64,000 nucleotides of DNA from Candidatus Omnitrophota bacterium. GTDB taxonomy: Bacteria > Omnitrophota > Gorgyraeia > Gygaellales > Profunditerraquicolaceae. The notes under the pieces were generated by a model, which saw nothing but the letters and a program-made list of their open reading frames with translations, did not search any database and was not told where the DNA came from. The stretch is taken from positions 118 through 64,117 of the forward strand of contig JADHWA010000001.1 in NCBI GenBank assembly GCA_016783715.1, read 5' to 3'. The position numbers and the translations under genes are program-made. Below, in pieces: positions 18,309 through 29,959 of this stretch. How positions within the stretch are numbered: position 1 is the stretch's first letter; each line of letters starts with the position of its first letter.

Positions 18309-20222
18309 CTAACCGTTCTGATACATCATCGGCTTGAGCTTCAGGCCCTGGCGTTTTTTGTCGATATGCGCGATCATAAGATGAGCCGCCTTTATCGGAT
18401 CTACCTCAAAAGCGAATTTTCCTCCTACTATATTCTCTAAATCCTTAGTAATAAAATCAGTAACCTTCTGACTTCCTAAAACCGGCTGTGGCGTGCCAAA
18501 AACAGTAAATACCCCACTGGCTACAAAATAGAAACCGATAGAGATAGCTTTTTCACTCATCCATTCAGGGGCTGCCCCTGCTACTGGCAGGTCACTTAAA
18601 GATTCACCCAATCCGCCTTCTTCGACGATTTTAGAGCAGGCAATCAAAATTCTGGAATTATCTACGCAGCTGCCTACATGTAAAACCGGAGGAATGCCTA
18701 CGGCTTCGCAGATCTCCCGCAACCCATTACCGGCAAATTTAAGAGCTGCCTCAGGCTTAAGCAAACCCATCTTGGCATTAGCTATTGCGGAGCAGCCAGT
18801 CACGACTACTAAAACATCATTCTTAATCAACTCTTTGACCATTTCTGTATGGCCAAAATCATGGCGGACATTAGGATTATTGCAGCCCACTACTCCGGCC
18901 ACCCCCCTTAATCTACCGGAAATTATCCCTTCGTTTACAGGTTTCCAGGTTGATCGGTATTTACCTCCGATTATATAAGGAATATCCTCAGCGGTAAAAC
19001 CGGCCACTAAATCCATTGTTTCCTGAGGTATCACTACCCGTTCCTTCCTGCGATTCTTAAAATTCTCCACAGCTCTTTTAATAATCGTTTTTGATATCTC
19101 CATGGCTCTCTTCTCGTCAAATCCAATATGTGTTACCCCGGGAAATTTTGCTTTGGGGCTAGTAGTAATCAACTCAGTATGGAAACAATTAGCCAGCTCC
19201 GCTAAAGCAGGCATAATGCACTGCACATCAACCATCATTAACTCTACCGAACCTGTAAGAATCGCCAATTCCTGCTGCAGGAAGTTACCCGCTGAATGGA
19301 TACCGTGGCGCATAAGCATCTCATTAGCCGTACAGCACATCCCTACGATATTTATCCCCTCTGCGCCGTTCTTCTTTGCCAGCTTGATCAACTCAGCATC
19401 CTCTGCGGCCTGGACAACTACGTCGGACAGAGTAGGCTCATGTCCATGCACTACAACATTTACGTAATTCTCCTTTAATACTCCCAAGTTTACCTTTGAT
19501 TTGATGGGATTGGGGGCGCCGAATAAGATATCGCTCAACTCTGTAGCAATCATCGAACCGCCCCAACCGTCAGATAAAGCAGTGCGCAGCCCGTGCATAA
19601 TGATGTTCTTATAATCATTATCTACGCCCATGTGTGTACGATGCATACACTCAACAATCTCACGGTCAATTCCCCGAGGGGTAACCCCCAGCTTCCGCCA
19701 GAGATCCTGGGTTTTCTTTGGTGCGCGGGAAATAAACCGCAGTTCACCCTCTTGCTGCCCAAACTCAGACAAAGCCTTCAAAGCCACCTCGCCGGCGATC
19801 TCCAAATCCTTCTTACCATCAAGTTTGATTCCATACAGCGTGGCAATCTCCCTTAATCTTACCGGATTATTGACCCCGTAATCATGTGCTTTGCCTTCGG
19901 CTGCCAATAACAGGGCCTCGGCGATATCTCTTCCATGATCAGAATGAGCAGCCGCTCCTGTGGCGATCATCCTTAAAAGATTGCGCGCTACGATAGTGTC
20001 AGCGCTGGCCCCACAGACACCCTTCTGCGGCCCCTCGCCAAAAGGATCGATACGGCACGGCCCCATATTGCAAATACGGCAACAAATTCCCAGCTGACCA
20101 AAGCCACATTGTGGCTGCATAGTATCATAACGATCCCAGACAATTTTTATATTTTGAGCCTCGGCCTGCTCAATCATCTGCTGACTGGCAACATCTACAC
20201 TTTTTTGCTTTGCATCACTCAT
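18309..20222 (-). CDS. cooS: anaerobic carbon-monoxide dehydrogenase catalytic subunit
   Basis: CGFGQLGICCRICNMGPC N-terminal cluster motifs, about 630 aa, Ni-CODH family. Confidence 0.9.
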   Translation of the reverse strand: MSDAKQKSVDVASQQMIEQAEAQNIKIVWDRYDTMQPQCGFGQLGICCRICNMGPCRIDPFGEGPQKGVCGASADTIVARNLLRMIATGAAAHSDHGRDIAEALLLAAEGKAHDYGVNNPVRLREIATLYGIKLDGKKDLEIAGEVALKALSEFGQQEGELRFISRAPKKTQDLWRKLGVTPRGIDREIVECMHRTHMGVDNDYKNIIMHGLRTALSDGWGGSMIATELSDILFGAPNPIKSKVNLGVLKENYVNVVVHGHEPTLSDVVVQAAEDAELIKLAKKNGAEGINIVGMCCTANEMLMRHGIHSAGNFLQQELAILTGSVELMMVDVQCIMPALAELANCFHTELITTSPKAKFPGVTHIGFDEKRAMEISKTIIKRAVENFKNRRKERVVIPQETMDLVAGFTAEDIPYIIGGKYRSTWKPVNEGIISGRLRGVAGVVGCNNPNVRHDFGHTEMVKELIKNDVLVVVTGCSAIANAKMGLLKPEAALKFAGNGLREICEAVGIPPVLHVGSCVDNSRILIACSKIVEEGGLGESLSDLPVAGAAPEWMSEKAISIGFYFVASGVFTVFGTPQPVLGSQKVTDFITKDLENIVGGKFAFEVDPIKAAHLMIAHIDKKRQGLKLKPMMYQNG

Positions 20223-20239
20223 ATGATTAACCCCCTACT

Positions 20240-21109
20240 TTATAAACCTGCCGCATCTAATACTAGCGGCACTTTGGTATCCCAGCCGATTGGCATTATA
20301 TGCATACCCTGACAGATCGGCTTCATAGCCTTAATTAGCCCGGCGGCAATCTCAACTGAGACGGCCACTTTATCTTCTGCTTCCTGCATCTTCTTAATCA
20401 ACTCATCCGGTACGGTTACCCCGGCAACATTCTTATTCATATATTTAGCCATACCGGCTGACTTTAACAATACAATGCCCGCCATCACCGGAACTTTTAG
20501 ATGTTTTGTTTTATTTATGAAGTCTTCGAATATCTTTAAGTCATAGACTGCCTGGGTCTGGAAAAACTGGGCACCGGCCTCTATCTTTTGCTCCATCTTG
20601 ATAATCTGGGGTTCCAAAGGATCTGCCCCGGGGTTTACTACCGCTCCCATACAAAACTTTGGCGGGGCACCGGTAAGTTTATTATCCTTCATATCAACTC
20701 CTGTCTGTAGCTTACTTGCTACCTGTAGGAGCAAGACAGAATCCAGATCAAAGACCGGCTTTGCCTCGGGGTGGTCACCTAAGGTGGTGTGATCTCCGGT
20801 AAGAAGCAATAGATTCTCAATCCCCAAACTTGCGGCTGATAGTAGATCTGATTGCAGGGCCAGGCGATTTCTGTCACGGCAAGTCAGCTGAAAAATCGGC
20901 TCAAACCCTTTTTGCTTTAAGAGTGAACAAACCGCTAAAGACCCTAAGCGCATCACCGAACTCTGAAGGTCGGTAACGTTAATCGCATCCACACGGCTAC
21001 GGATCAGCTCGGCGTCCTCTAAGAGTTTAGCGGTCTCAATACCCTTGGGCGGACCGATCTCCGAGGTCAATAAAAACTTCCCTGATTGTAGTTTTTCCTT
21101 AAATGACAT
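20240..21109 (-). CDS. metF: methylenetetrahydrofolate reductase
   Basis: MTHFR fold, SEIGPPKG..LTGD..; sits in the Wood-Ljungdahl methyl-branch block. Confidence 0.8.
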   Translation of the reverse strand: MSFKEKLQSGKFLLTSEIGPPKGIETAKLLEDAELIRSRVDAINVTDLQSSVMRLGSLAVCSLLKQKGFEPIFQLTCRDRNRLALQSDLLSAASLGIENLLLLTGDHTTLGDHPEAKPVFDLDSVLLLQVASKLQTGVDMKDNKLTGAPPKFCMGAVVNPGADPLEPQIIKMEQKIEAGAQFFQTQAVYDLKIFEDFINKTKHLKVPVMAGIVLLKSAGMAKYMNKNVAGVTVPDELIKKMQEAEDKVAVSVEIAAGLIKAMKPICQGMHIMPIGWDTKVPLVLDAAGL

Positions 21110-21951
21110 TAAAGCTGTAATTTGGTGGCGGCGACAAGGTTGCGCATTAACATGGTAACGGTTAACGGGCCGACTCCGCCGGGAACTGGCGTAATATATG
21201 AGGCCTTTTTTTCGGCTGTCTGAAACTCTACATCTCCGACAATTTTACCTTCAATACGGTTTATCCCCACGTCAATTACTATCGCACCCTCTTTAATCCA
21301 ATCACCTTTAATAAGGTTAGCTTTACCTACTGCGACGATCAGAATCTCAGCGCGACCGACATGCTCCTCTAACTTTTTTGCCTCCGATGTCCCGATGTGA
21401 CATACTGTTACCGTAGCAAACTTCTCCAATAACAGAAGGGCCAGGGGTTTTCCGACAATCTCGCTATGGCCGACAACGACCACTTCCTTCCCGCGCAGAT
21501 TGATCTTTATACTTTCCAATAACTCCATCACCCCAGCCGGAGTACACGGCAGGATTCCCGCTTTACCGAATACAATCTTGCCGATATTCGCCGGATGCAT
21601 CCCCTCCACATCCTTCTCTGGAAGTATAAATTCACTAATCTTCTTGTAATCAATCTGCTCCGGAAGTGGCATCTGAATAATAATACCATTCACCGCTTTG
21701 TCGCGATTCAGTTTCTCGATAAATTCTATCAAAGAACTCTCTGCGGTAAGAACGTCCAGCTGATGAAGCTGGTAATTAATACCTAATCCTTCTGCGGTTT
21801 TGGTCTGTGATTTTACATAAGCCAGGGCTCCGGGATTATCCCCCACAATGATACTGGCTAAGACAGGCTTTATCTCCAACCCCGCGACTTCCTGTTTTAT
21901 CTCTTCCTTTATCTTTGCTGCGATTGGCTTACCCTCTAATAATTGCGCCAA
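21109..21951 (-). CDS. folD: bifunctional methylene-THF dehydrogenase / methenyl-THF cyclohydrolase
   Basis: LEGKPIA..VGDNPGA..GGVGPLTV motifs. Confidence 0.9.
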   Translation of the reverse strand: MAQLLEGKPIAAKIKEEIKQEVAGLEIKPVLASIIVGDNPGALAYVKSQTKTAEGLGINYQLHQLDVLTAESSLIEFIEKLNRDKAVNGIIIQMPLPEQIDYKKISEFILPEKDVEGMHPANIGKIVFGKAGILPCTPAGVMELLESIKINLRGKEVVVVGHSEIVGKPLALLLLEKFATVTVCHIGTSEAKKLEEHVGRAEILIVAVGKANLIKGDWIKEGAIVIDVGINRIEGKIVGDVEFQTAEKKASYITPVPGGVGPLTVTMLMRNLVAATKLQL

Positions 21952-22492
21952 CTTTCTCCTCCGTTTTAAGTCTGATCCTTTTTACTCTTCGATTCTTCTG
22001 TAATAACTCTTTTCTTACCTTGTGAGAGAAATCTTTGTCTTTGAGGTATTTTAAATTAATCTCTACATTGTAATATGCCGCACTAAAACCCGACTCAAGG
22101 AGTACCGCTGCCACCACCACATCACTGATTAAATTCCTGTTGGATTTTTCGATTAATGACGGGCACAACCTGATGGCTTCGTAGCATAACCTGCATACCA
22201 TAAAGGGTACATTTAAAGCGCTCCTGATATTCTTGCTCTTATAAGCGGCAACATCAAGATCCACTAAATTCAGGAATTCCTTCTTTAGGTTTTCTGCGCG
22301 CAGAAGTATCTCTTTTAGCTCTTTCTGGTGTTTTTCGTATTTAGGCTTGCCGAGGGTAAAATTCACCACCATACTGACCAGCGCCACCCCTAAAGCAGCC
22401 GTTAACGCAGCCGCAGAACCTCCGCCTGGGGCAGGAAGCTTGGCTGAAAGATGATCAAGATATTTCTGCAAAGATTCATGTTTATATTTCAT
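21929..22492 (-). CDS. fchA: methenyl-THF cyclohydrolase / cyclodeaminase-family protein
   Basis: PAPGGGSAAALTAALGVAL, characteristic of the FTCD C-terminal / FchA family. Confidence 0.7.
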   Translation of the reverse strand: MKYKHESLQKYLDHLSAKLPAPGGGSAAALTAALGVALVSMVVNFTLGKPKYEKHQKELKEILLRAENLKKEFLNLVDLDVAAYKSKNIRSALNVPFMVCRLCYEAIRLCPSLIEKSNRNLISDVVVAAVLLESGFSAAYYNVEINLKYLKDKDFSHKVRKELLQKNRRVKRIRLKTEEKVGAIIRG

Positions 22493-24183
22493 GATAATCC
22501 TGTAATATTGCCTCCAGAGTCAATATCTATTCTTTCGCCGGCCGGATGAGTCGGTAATCCCGGCATGGTCTGCATCGTGCCACAGAGAGGATAAAGGAAT
22601 CCGGCTCCCACAGAGGCACGAATATCCCTTATCGGCAGGACGAAATGTCTTGGTCTTCCTTTAAGCTCTGAATCATGCGATAGCGATAGATGAGTCTTGG
22701 CCATACAGATAGGTAATTTATTATAACCTCTTTTTGTAAAAAGAGTAATTTTTTCATCAGCTAGGGGCCCATATTCCACATCCTTGGCCCCGTAGATCTT
22801 TGTGGCGATTGTTTTAATTTTATCTTTAATTGAAGTATCCAAAGGATAAAGAAACTTGAATTTGCTCTTTAGCTTGCTTGCGCTTACAACTGCCCTGGCT
22901 AATTCGGTGCCGCCTCCAGAGCCTTTTGAAAAAACCTCACTTACCACACAATCATGGGCGCCGAATTCTCTGGCCATCTTCTTTACACATTCAATCTCAT
23001 TCTCTGTATCGTGAGCAAATTTATTTATCGCTACAACAACCGGAACGCCGAAGATTCTGACATTCTCAATCTGCTTCTCTAAATTACAGATCCCTTCCTT
23101 GATTGAAGGAATATCCTCCCTCTGTAGGCAGGCATCCAGCGGTCTACCTGCGACGATCTTGAATCTGCCGCTGTGGGACTTAAGCGCCCTAATAGAACAG
23201 ACTACCACTGCCGCATCGGGAACCAGGCCGCTGGCGCGGCATTTAATATCAAAGAACTTCTCAGCCCCGCAATCTGCTCCAAACCCCGCCTCGGTGACAA
23301 CATAATCCGAAAGTGCCAGGGCAATTCTATCCTGTATTATGGAGCTGTTTCCGTGGGCGATATTGGCGAATGGTCCGGCATGCACAAAACAAGGGGTGTG
23401 CTCTATGGTTTGAATCAGGTTAGGCATTATCGCATGTTTCAGGAGTGCGGTCATGCTCCCTGCCACCTTTAAATCTTCTGCGGTTACCGGCTTACCACTG
23501 GTTGTGTCTGCCAGCACGATTTTACCGATACGCCCCCTGAGATCCTTTAAGTTCTTGCTTAAGGCCAGGATCGCCATTATCTCACTGGCGACGGTGATAT
23601 CGAATCCTGTATCGCGCGGGATACCGTTATTCTGACCTCCCAGCCCTATCTTTACATGCCTTAGGAATCTGTCGCTGACATCGACAACCCGGCGCCAATG
23701 AATCCTCTCGGGATTAATCTTAAGATTATTTCCTTTAAAGTAAGAGTTATCAAGGAACGCCGCTGCTAAATTGTGTGCAAGTCCGACTGCATGGACATCA
23801 CCGGTAAAATGCAGGTTAAAATCTTCCATGGGAAGTACCTGCGAGTAGCCTCCGCCTGCAGCACCACCCTTGATCCCGAATACCGGCCCCAAAGACGGCT
23901 GCCTGATACAGGTTGAGGTCAACTTACCTATTCTACTCAAAGCCATTGAAAGCCCGATAGTAGTAACGGTCTTTCCTTCGCCCAATGGCGTGGGGGTAAT
24001 CGCGGTAACTAGAATATATTTACCCCTGGGACGGTTTTTGATTTTATTTAAAATCTCCAGATCTATCTTGGCGATGTATTTGCCCTGGGGGATAAGAAAC
24101 TTTTTGTCGATCTTAAGTTTCCTTGCGATCTTCTCGATGGGTTCTTTTTTTGCTTTTTGGGCGATTTGAATGTCTGAGTGCAT
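22489..24183 (-). CDS. fhs: formate--tetrahydrofolate ligase
   Basis: TPTPLGEGKTVTTIGL P-loop, FTHFS length. Confidence 0.9.
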   Translation of the reverse strand: MHSDIQIAQKAKKEPIEKIARKLKIDKKFLIPQGKYIAKIDLEILNKIKNRPRGKYILVTAITPTPLGEGKTVTTIGLSMALSRIGKLTSTCIRQPSLGPVFGIKGGAAGGGYSQVLPMEDFNLHFTGDVHAVGLAHNLAAAFLDNSYFKGNNLKINPERIHWRRVVDVSDRFLRHVKIGLGGQNNGIPRDTGFDITVASEIMAILALSKNLKDLRGRIGKIVLADTTSGKPVTAEDLKVAGSMTALLKHAIMPNLIQTIEHTPCFVHAGPFANIAHGNSSIIQDRIALALSDYVVTEAGFGADCGAEKFFDIKCRASGLVPDAAVVVCSIRALKSHSGRFKIVAGRPLDACLQREDIPSIKEGICNLEKQIENVRIFGVPVVVAINKFAHDTENEIECVKKMAREFGAHDCVVSEVFSKGSGGGTELARAVVSASKLKSKFKFLYPLDTSIKDKIKTIATKIYGAKDVEYGPLADEKITLFTKRGYNKLPICMAKTHLSLSHDSELKGRPRHFVLPIRDIRASVGAGFLYPLCGTMQTMPGLPTHPAGERIDIDSGGNITGLS

Positions 24184-24188
24184 GAGGT

Positions 24189-24527
24189 CTAGTAGGAGTA
24201 GTGGCCGCCTAAACTAAAGGCATCTCTAATCAGCCTGATCTGCGGCCTCTGGTCTAAATATGTTATAGATAAAACGTCAAACCTTAATTTCTGAGAATTT
24301 AATTTCTTATCTTTAAGATATGCAAGAGCTGTCTTGGTAATATGCCTCTTTTTTAAATCTGTTATTGCTTCCTCCGGAAGTCCGAATCTAGCGCTCCTGC
24401 GGGCCTTAACTTCAACGAAACAGATAGTTCTTCTTTCTGAGGCAATGATATCTATTTCTCCGAATCCACACCGGTAATTCCTGGCTATTATTCTGTAGCC
24501 GTTTTTTTGAAGGAACTCTGCTGCCAT
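24189..24527 (-). CDS. yraN: UPF0102 / YraN-family endonuclease
   Basis: AAEFLQKNGYRIIARNYRCGFGEIDII..FVEVKAR; start trimmed to the internal ATG at 24527 to avoid overlap with rnhB. Confidence 0.7.
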   Translation of the reverse strand: MAAEFLQKNGYRIIARNYRCGFGEIDIIASERRTICFVEVKARRSARFGLPEEAITDLKKRHITKTALAYLKDKKLNSQKLRFDVLSITYLDQRPQIRLIRDAFSLGGHYSY

Positions 24528-24561
24528 GCTCTCTGTGCAGGTAGCAAGCCTCAGTCGTTCT

Positions 24562-25164
24562 TTAGACACAGGAGAAACTCTCCCTGTGCAGAAAACAACG
24601 ACCATGCTTCTCTATGGCCTGCCTGTGCCTGGCGGTTGGATATCCCTTATTCTCTATGAAGCCGTAATCCGGGACTATCCGGTCGTATATACCCATGATC
24701 CTATCGCGGACGACCTTGGCGATAATCGAAGCAGAAGCAATAGCCAAGGAGCGCGAATCACCCTTGGTAATACTTAAAAAGGGGAGAGCCAGATCAAGCT
24801 TCATCTGGCCGTCAACCAGACAAAAGCAGGATTTCTTCTCTTTGCTCTCTAATTTCTGCATCACTGAGGAGACTGCCTCCTGCATAGCCAGCCGCGTAGC
24901 CTCCAGTATATTAATCCGGTCTATCAACTTCTCGTTGACTACGCCGATACCAAAGATCACCTTGCTGACTAATACGGAAAATGCCTCTTGCCTTTGCAAA
25001 GAGCTGAGTTTCTTGGAATCGTCTATACGGCAGCCAAAAGAGAAATCTTTTAATGCTGCAGCTGCCGCTACCACCGGGCCTGCCAGAGGGCCTCGGCCCA
25101 CTTCATCCACCCCGATGATATAATCAAATCCTTTTTTTTTAAATTTTCGCTCGTAATAGAGCAT
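24562..25164 (-). CDS. rnhB: ribonuclease HII
   Basis: IIGVDEVGRGPLAGPVV; start taken as the ATG at 25164, 1 nt after the rplS stop. Confidence 0.85.
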   Translation of the reverse strand: MLYYERKFKKKGFDYIIGVDEVGRGPLAGPVVAAAAALKDFSFGCRIDDSKKLSSLQRQEAFSVLVSKVIFGIGVVNEKLIDRINILEATRLAMQEAVSSVMQKLESKEKKSCFCLVDGQMKLDLALPFLSITKGDSRSLAIASASIIAKVVRDRIMGIYDRIVPDYGFIENKGYPTARHRQAIEKHGRCFLHRESFSCV

Positions 25165-25165
25165 C

Positions 25166-25534
25166 CTAAGAGGGCGGATTCTCTTTCTTAGTTTTTGATG
25201 CAATCTTGGTTGCGCGCTTGCCAACTTTGCCGCGTAGATAATAGAGCTTTGCCTTCTTTACCTTGCCGGAACGGCTAATCTCGATACGCTCGATGCTCGG
25301 CGAATGAAGCGGATAGACGCGCTCTATACCCTCTCCGTAAGAAACCTTCCTTACTGTAAAGCTCTCTTTTACTCCTTTGCCTTTTTTGGCGATCACTACC
25401 CCCTCAAAGGGGTGCAATCTTACCTTATCGGGTCCTTCGGGGATCTTGACTAAAACTTTGACCGTATCCCCTACATTGAACTTAGGCATATCTTTCTTTA
25501 AATATTCGGATTCAATAAGTTTAATTTTATCCAT
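25166..25534 (-). CDS. rplS: 50S ribosomal protein L19
   Basis: [20 protein letters not shown]. Confidence 0.9.
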   Translation of the reverse strand: MDKIKLIESEYLKKDMPKFNVGDTVKVLVKIPEGPDKVRLHPFEGVVIAKKGKGVKESFTVRKVSYGEGIERVYPLHSPSIERIEISRSGKVKKAKLYYLRGKVGKRATKIASKTKKENPPS

Positions 25535-25541
25535 TGCTTGT

Positions 25542-26249
25542 TTACTGCTCCTTTCGCTTTCTTCTAAGATTAAGGAGGTCAGGCCTTCTCTTCCTCGTCT
25601 TCTTTAATGCCTCTTTCCTCCTCCAATCTTCTATTTTCTTGTGATTACCTGCTAGAAGTATTTCCGGAACACACATCCTGCGAAAATTTGCGGGCCTGGT
25701 GTACTGCGGATACTCTAATAGATTACCAACGAATGACTCAAAATTCAAGGAATTTTTATCCCCTAATACCCCAGGGATAAGCCGGATAATCGAATCTACC
25801 AGGACCATTGCCGGCAGCTCACCTCCGGTCAGAACATAATCTCCAATTGAAATCTTCCTATCCACAAGATATTTTCTGACACGCTCATCTACGCCCTCAT
25901 AACGACCACAGATTAAGATCAGATGTTTCTTTTGGCTTAAGGTTTTGGATAACTTCTGGCTTAAAACCTCTCCCTGAGGACACAAGAGGATAACCTCGGG
26001 CTTATTTTTGGATTTTACCGACTTAATTATTGACTCAACTGCCCGGAAGATAGGCTCTGCATTCATTACCATCCCCGATCCGCCGCCAAACGGGCGATCA
26101 TCGACCTTGCGGTGCCGGTCTAAGGTATAGTCGCGCAGATTGTGTACGTGAATCTTAACTTTTTTACTAGCTTGAGCCCGCTTGATGATCGACTCATTCA
26201 ACACCGGCTCAAACATCTTTGGGAATATAGTAATAATATCTATGCGCAT
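25542..26249 (-). CDS. trmD: tRNA (guanine37-N1)-methyltransferase
   Basis: [15 protein letters not shown] knot motifs. Confidence 0.9.
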   Translation of the reverse strand: MRIDIITIFPKMFEPVLNESIIKRAQASKKVKIHVHNLRDYTLDRHRKVDDRPFGGGSGMVMNAEPIFRAVESIIKSVKSKNKPEVILLCPQGEVLSQKLSKTLSQKKHLILICGRYEGVDERVRKYLVDRKISIGDYVLTGGELPAMVLVDSIIRLIPGVLGDKNSLNFESFVGNLLEYPQYTRPANFRRMCVPEILLAGNHKKIEDWRRKEALKKTRKRRPDLLNLRRKRKEQ

Positions 26250-26327
26250 AATTTTTTAGTAGATAGTATGTAGTAGTTAGGGTTTAGGGTGACTTTTTCC
26301 TTCCTACCCCTACATTCTACCTACTAT

Positions 26328-27437
<1,110 letters not shown>

Positions 27438-28541
27438 CTAAATTATCAGCATTGCATCGCCGTAACTGTAAAAACGGTATCTGCTCTCAATTGCTTCTCT
27501 GTATGCCTTCTTGGCTAACTCGATTCCCGCTCCGCCATAAAGATTGGCGGATGCGCCTGCGGCGCAAAAAGCACAAACCAGCATAAACAGCGTGGTCCGC
27601 GGCAGATGAAAGTTCGTCAACAGGCAATCTACGGCTTTAAATTTATATCCAGGATAAATAAATATATCGGTGGCACCTTGCTGCTTCTTCTCTATTACGT
27701 TGGCTTCTAATGCCCGGCAACTGGTTGTCCCCACGGCAACAATCCGTTTACCCGAGCTATGGGTTTGGTGAATTAGTTTTAAGGAATCTTTCGATATCTG
27801 GTAAAATTCCTCCTCCATCTTATGTCCACGGATATCCTCTGACTTCACCGGCTTAAATGTACCAACACCTACATGCAGAGTAAGCTCAGCGATATTTACG
27901 CCGGAGGATTTAATCTCCTCCAGCAGAGCAGGTGTAAAATGCAAGCCGGCGGTGGGCGCGGCTACCGCCCCAGCTTTCTTTGCATATACGGTCTGATAAT
28001 AAGAATCATCCAGTTTTTCTACATCTCTTTTTATATAAGGAGGCAGGGGCATCCTCCCTAAGGAATATATCTTTTCTGTGTCAGCGGTGTTAAAGCCTAT
28101 CTCTCTTTTGCCCTTTATTACTCCAAGGGTCTTACCTCCATTAAAGATTATCTGCTCCTGGAGTTTTACCCGGGTAGGTTTAATCAAAGCCTCAAATGAA
28201 GCCCCTTCCAAATTCCTTCCTGAGGCGGAATCCCGACCCCCGACGATTCTGCCGGGGCGTCGGGAGAGCAACCCGCTTTTCTTCTTGTTAAGCAGAAATA
28301 CTTCTACCCTTCCCCCAGTCCTCCTCCTGCCGATCAGACGACACCGCAGGACCTTTGTATTATTTAATACTAATAAATCTCCGGGCTCAAGGTAGCTCTC
28401 CAGCTCACCGAAGTTGCAATGTTTGATTGATCCAGCCTTCCGGTCTAAAACCAGGAGGCGCGCATCATCCCGCTTCTTTAGCGGATATTGCGCTATCAGC
28501 TCCTTAGGAAGATGATAGTCAAAGTCTGAAAGCTTAAGCAT
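27438..28541 (-). CDS. queA: S-adenosylmethionine:tRNA ribosyltransferase-isomerase
   Basis: MLKLSDFDYHLPKELIAQYP N-terminus. Confidence 0.9.
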   Translation of the reverse strand: MLKLSDFDYHLPKELIAQYPLKKRDDARLLVLDRKAGSIKHCNFGELESYLEPGDLLVLNNTKVLRCRLIGRRRTGGRVEVFLLNKKKSGLLSRRPGRIVGGRDSASGRNLEGASFEALIKPTRVKLQEQIIFNGGKTLGVIKGKREIGFNTADTEKIYSLGRMPLPPYIKRDVEKLDDSYYQTVYAKKAGAVAAPTAGLHFTPALLEEIKSSGVNIAELTLHVGVGTFKPVKSEDIRGHKMEEEFYQISKDSLKLIHQTHSSGKRIVAVGTTSCRALEANVIEKKQQGATDIFIYPGYKFKAVDCLLTNFHLPRTTLFMLVCAFCAAGASANLYGGAGIELAKKAYREAIESRYRFYSYGDAMLII

Positions 28542-28568
28542 AAGTATCTAATAGATCTTTTTCGGGTA

Positions 28569-29753
28569 TTAGTTTTTCTTAAGAAATGCTATTGTCTTTG
28601 GGGTAATATTATCATATGAGTAAAGGACAATTGCCTCAGGAGCCAAATCCTTAACTGATTCGTACTGCCTGTAGAATTTATCTAAGTTATCTGGCATTAG
28701 AAAAAATCCCAGGCCTATATATACCTTGCCTTTGGCGTTATAGGCATTGGCTGCTCTGGTAATCTCTTTGACCAGATGGTCATCTTTGGAGTAATTCATC
28801 AGCACCACATGATCCACGATCCCCTCCTCCAGCCATAGAGGCCAATCCTGGAACATACTGCTGTATGCGCGTTCAGCAGCGGTGATAGCTGCAGCGGATA
28901 ATTTAAAACCTTTGTGCTTCTTCCCAACCTCACGGTTTATCCTCTCCACCAATGAAGTAATCTGATCCCGCCTCCACTGATCCCAGAGCGCAAAGTCCTT
29001 ATCCTCATTCAATCCTTCGAGAACATCAATACCCCTAGTCTGGCGGAAACGCTCGATATTCTTCTGCCCATATCCGTAGCTTATCCCGAATTTAGTGAAT
29101 TTTGAGCTGGGAATAAAAGGGACTGTCATCGGATACCTTACGTAGTCCAGGTGTATCCCGGAAAACCCCGGGTATCTATTCATAATCTCTTGAGCAACCG
29201 CAAGTAAAAAATCCGATACCCGCGGGTCTCCGGGCTCTAAGAATAACTGATCTTCCCTCAGGTAATATTCATCAGATTCATTTGGATTCTTACGGCCTGA
29301 AGCCCGCAAGTACTGGTCGCGGGTCAGAATACTGCGACCATGCTTGGCTATGATCAGGGCATCTTCATTCAAACCCAGGCTCAACAGATTCACCCAGGCA
29401 TGCACCCTGATATTATTGACCGAGGCCTCCGCTATTATAAAATCCAGTGCATCTTTATCTTTCTCCCTGAATAATTTAGAATATTTGCTCTTATCGTGAG
29501 TCGGGGAATCATAATAAGCCTTGCCTGACTGGTAGATCTGCAGATATATATCGCTGATCCCGGCCTGCTTACAGGTATCGATAAGCTCAGAGGCCGCCTT
29601 CCTCGAATACAAAACCTCTTTATCGGTGAAGACGCTTACCCAAACCCCCTTCTCCGGATTCGCTGTCTCTGCATGCGCATGCAAGGATAATAGAGATAAA
29701 ACAAAACAAACTACAACCAAAAATTTTTTATAATTTTTCATCTCTTCCCCCAA
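28569..29753 (-). CDS. secreted GHL10 / UPF0748 (YngK-like) putative glycoside hydrolase
   Basis: signal peptide; TIM-barrel-like family resemblance only. Confidence 0.45.
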   Translation of the reverse strand: MGEEMKNYKKFLVVVCFVLSLLSLHAHAETANPEKGVWVSVFTDKEVLYSRKAASELIDTCKQAGISDIYLQIYQSGKAYYDSPTHDKSKYSKLFREKDKDALDFIIAEASVNNIRVHAWVNLLSLGLNEDALIIAKHGRSILTRDQYLRASGRKNPNESDEYYLREDQLFLEPGDPRVSDFLLAVAQEIMNRYPGFSGIHLDYVRYPMTVPFIPSSKFTKFGISYGYGQKNIERFRQTRGIDVLEGLNEDKDFALWDQWRRDQITSLVERINREVGKKHKGFKLSAAAITAAERAYSSMFQDWPLWLEEGIVDHVVLMNYSKDDHLVKEITRAANAYNAKGKVYIGLGFFLMPDNLDKFYRQYESVKDLAPEAIVLYSYDNITPKTIAFLKKN

Positions 29754-29959
29754 AAATAAAAGATTACAGAAATTATCAGGCTCAACAACAAACAGGTAGC
29801 CAGGGGAAAATAAACCGTAAAATTCTTCCTCTGGATTAAAATATCCCCCGGTAGCTTACCGGCAAAAGGAATCTTGTTAAAAAGAACAAGAATAACTCCT
29901 AAGATGACTAACGCTCCCCCTAAAAAAATTAGTGCTCTGCCCAACAGCCCTAGATTCAT
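29738..29959 (-). CDS. DUF2905-family small membrane protein
   Basis: two TM helices, KLPGDI motif. Confidence 0.5.
   Translation of the reverse strand: MNLGLLGRALIFLGGALVILGVILVLFNKIPFAGKLPGDILIQRKNFTVYFPLATCLLLSLIISVIFYFWGKR

Noticed and set aside
25132-25140. Homopolymer tracts in coding sequence (T9 at 25132-25140 in rnhB, encoding KKK; T8 in trpG, acsB, cooF, the serC-like gene and the heptosyltransferase)
   Set aside because: These are short, lysine- or phenylalanine-codon driven and common in a moderately AT-rich genome. There is no evidence of frameshift dependence.
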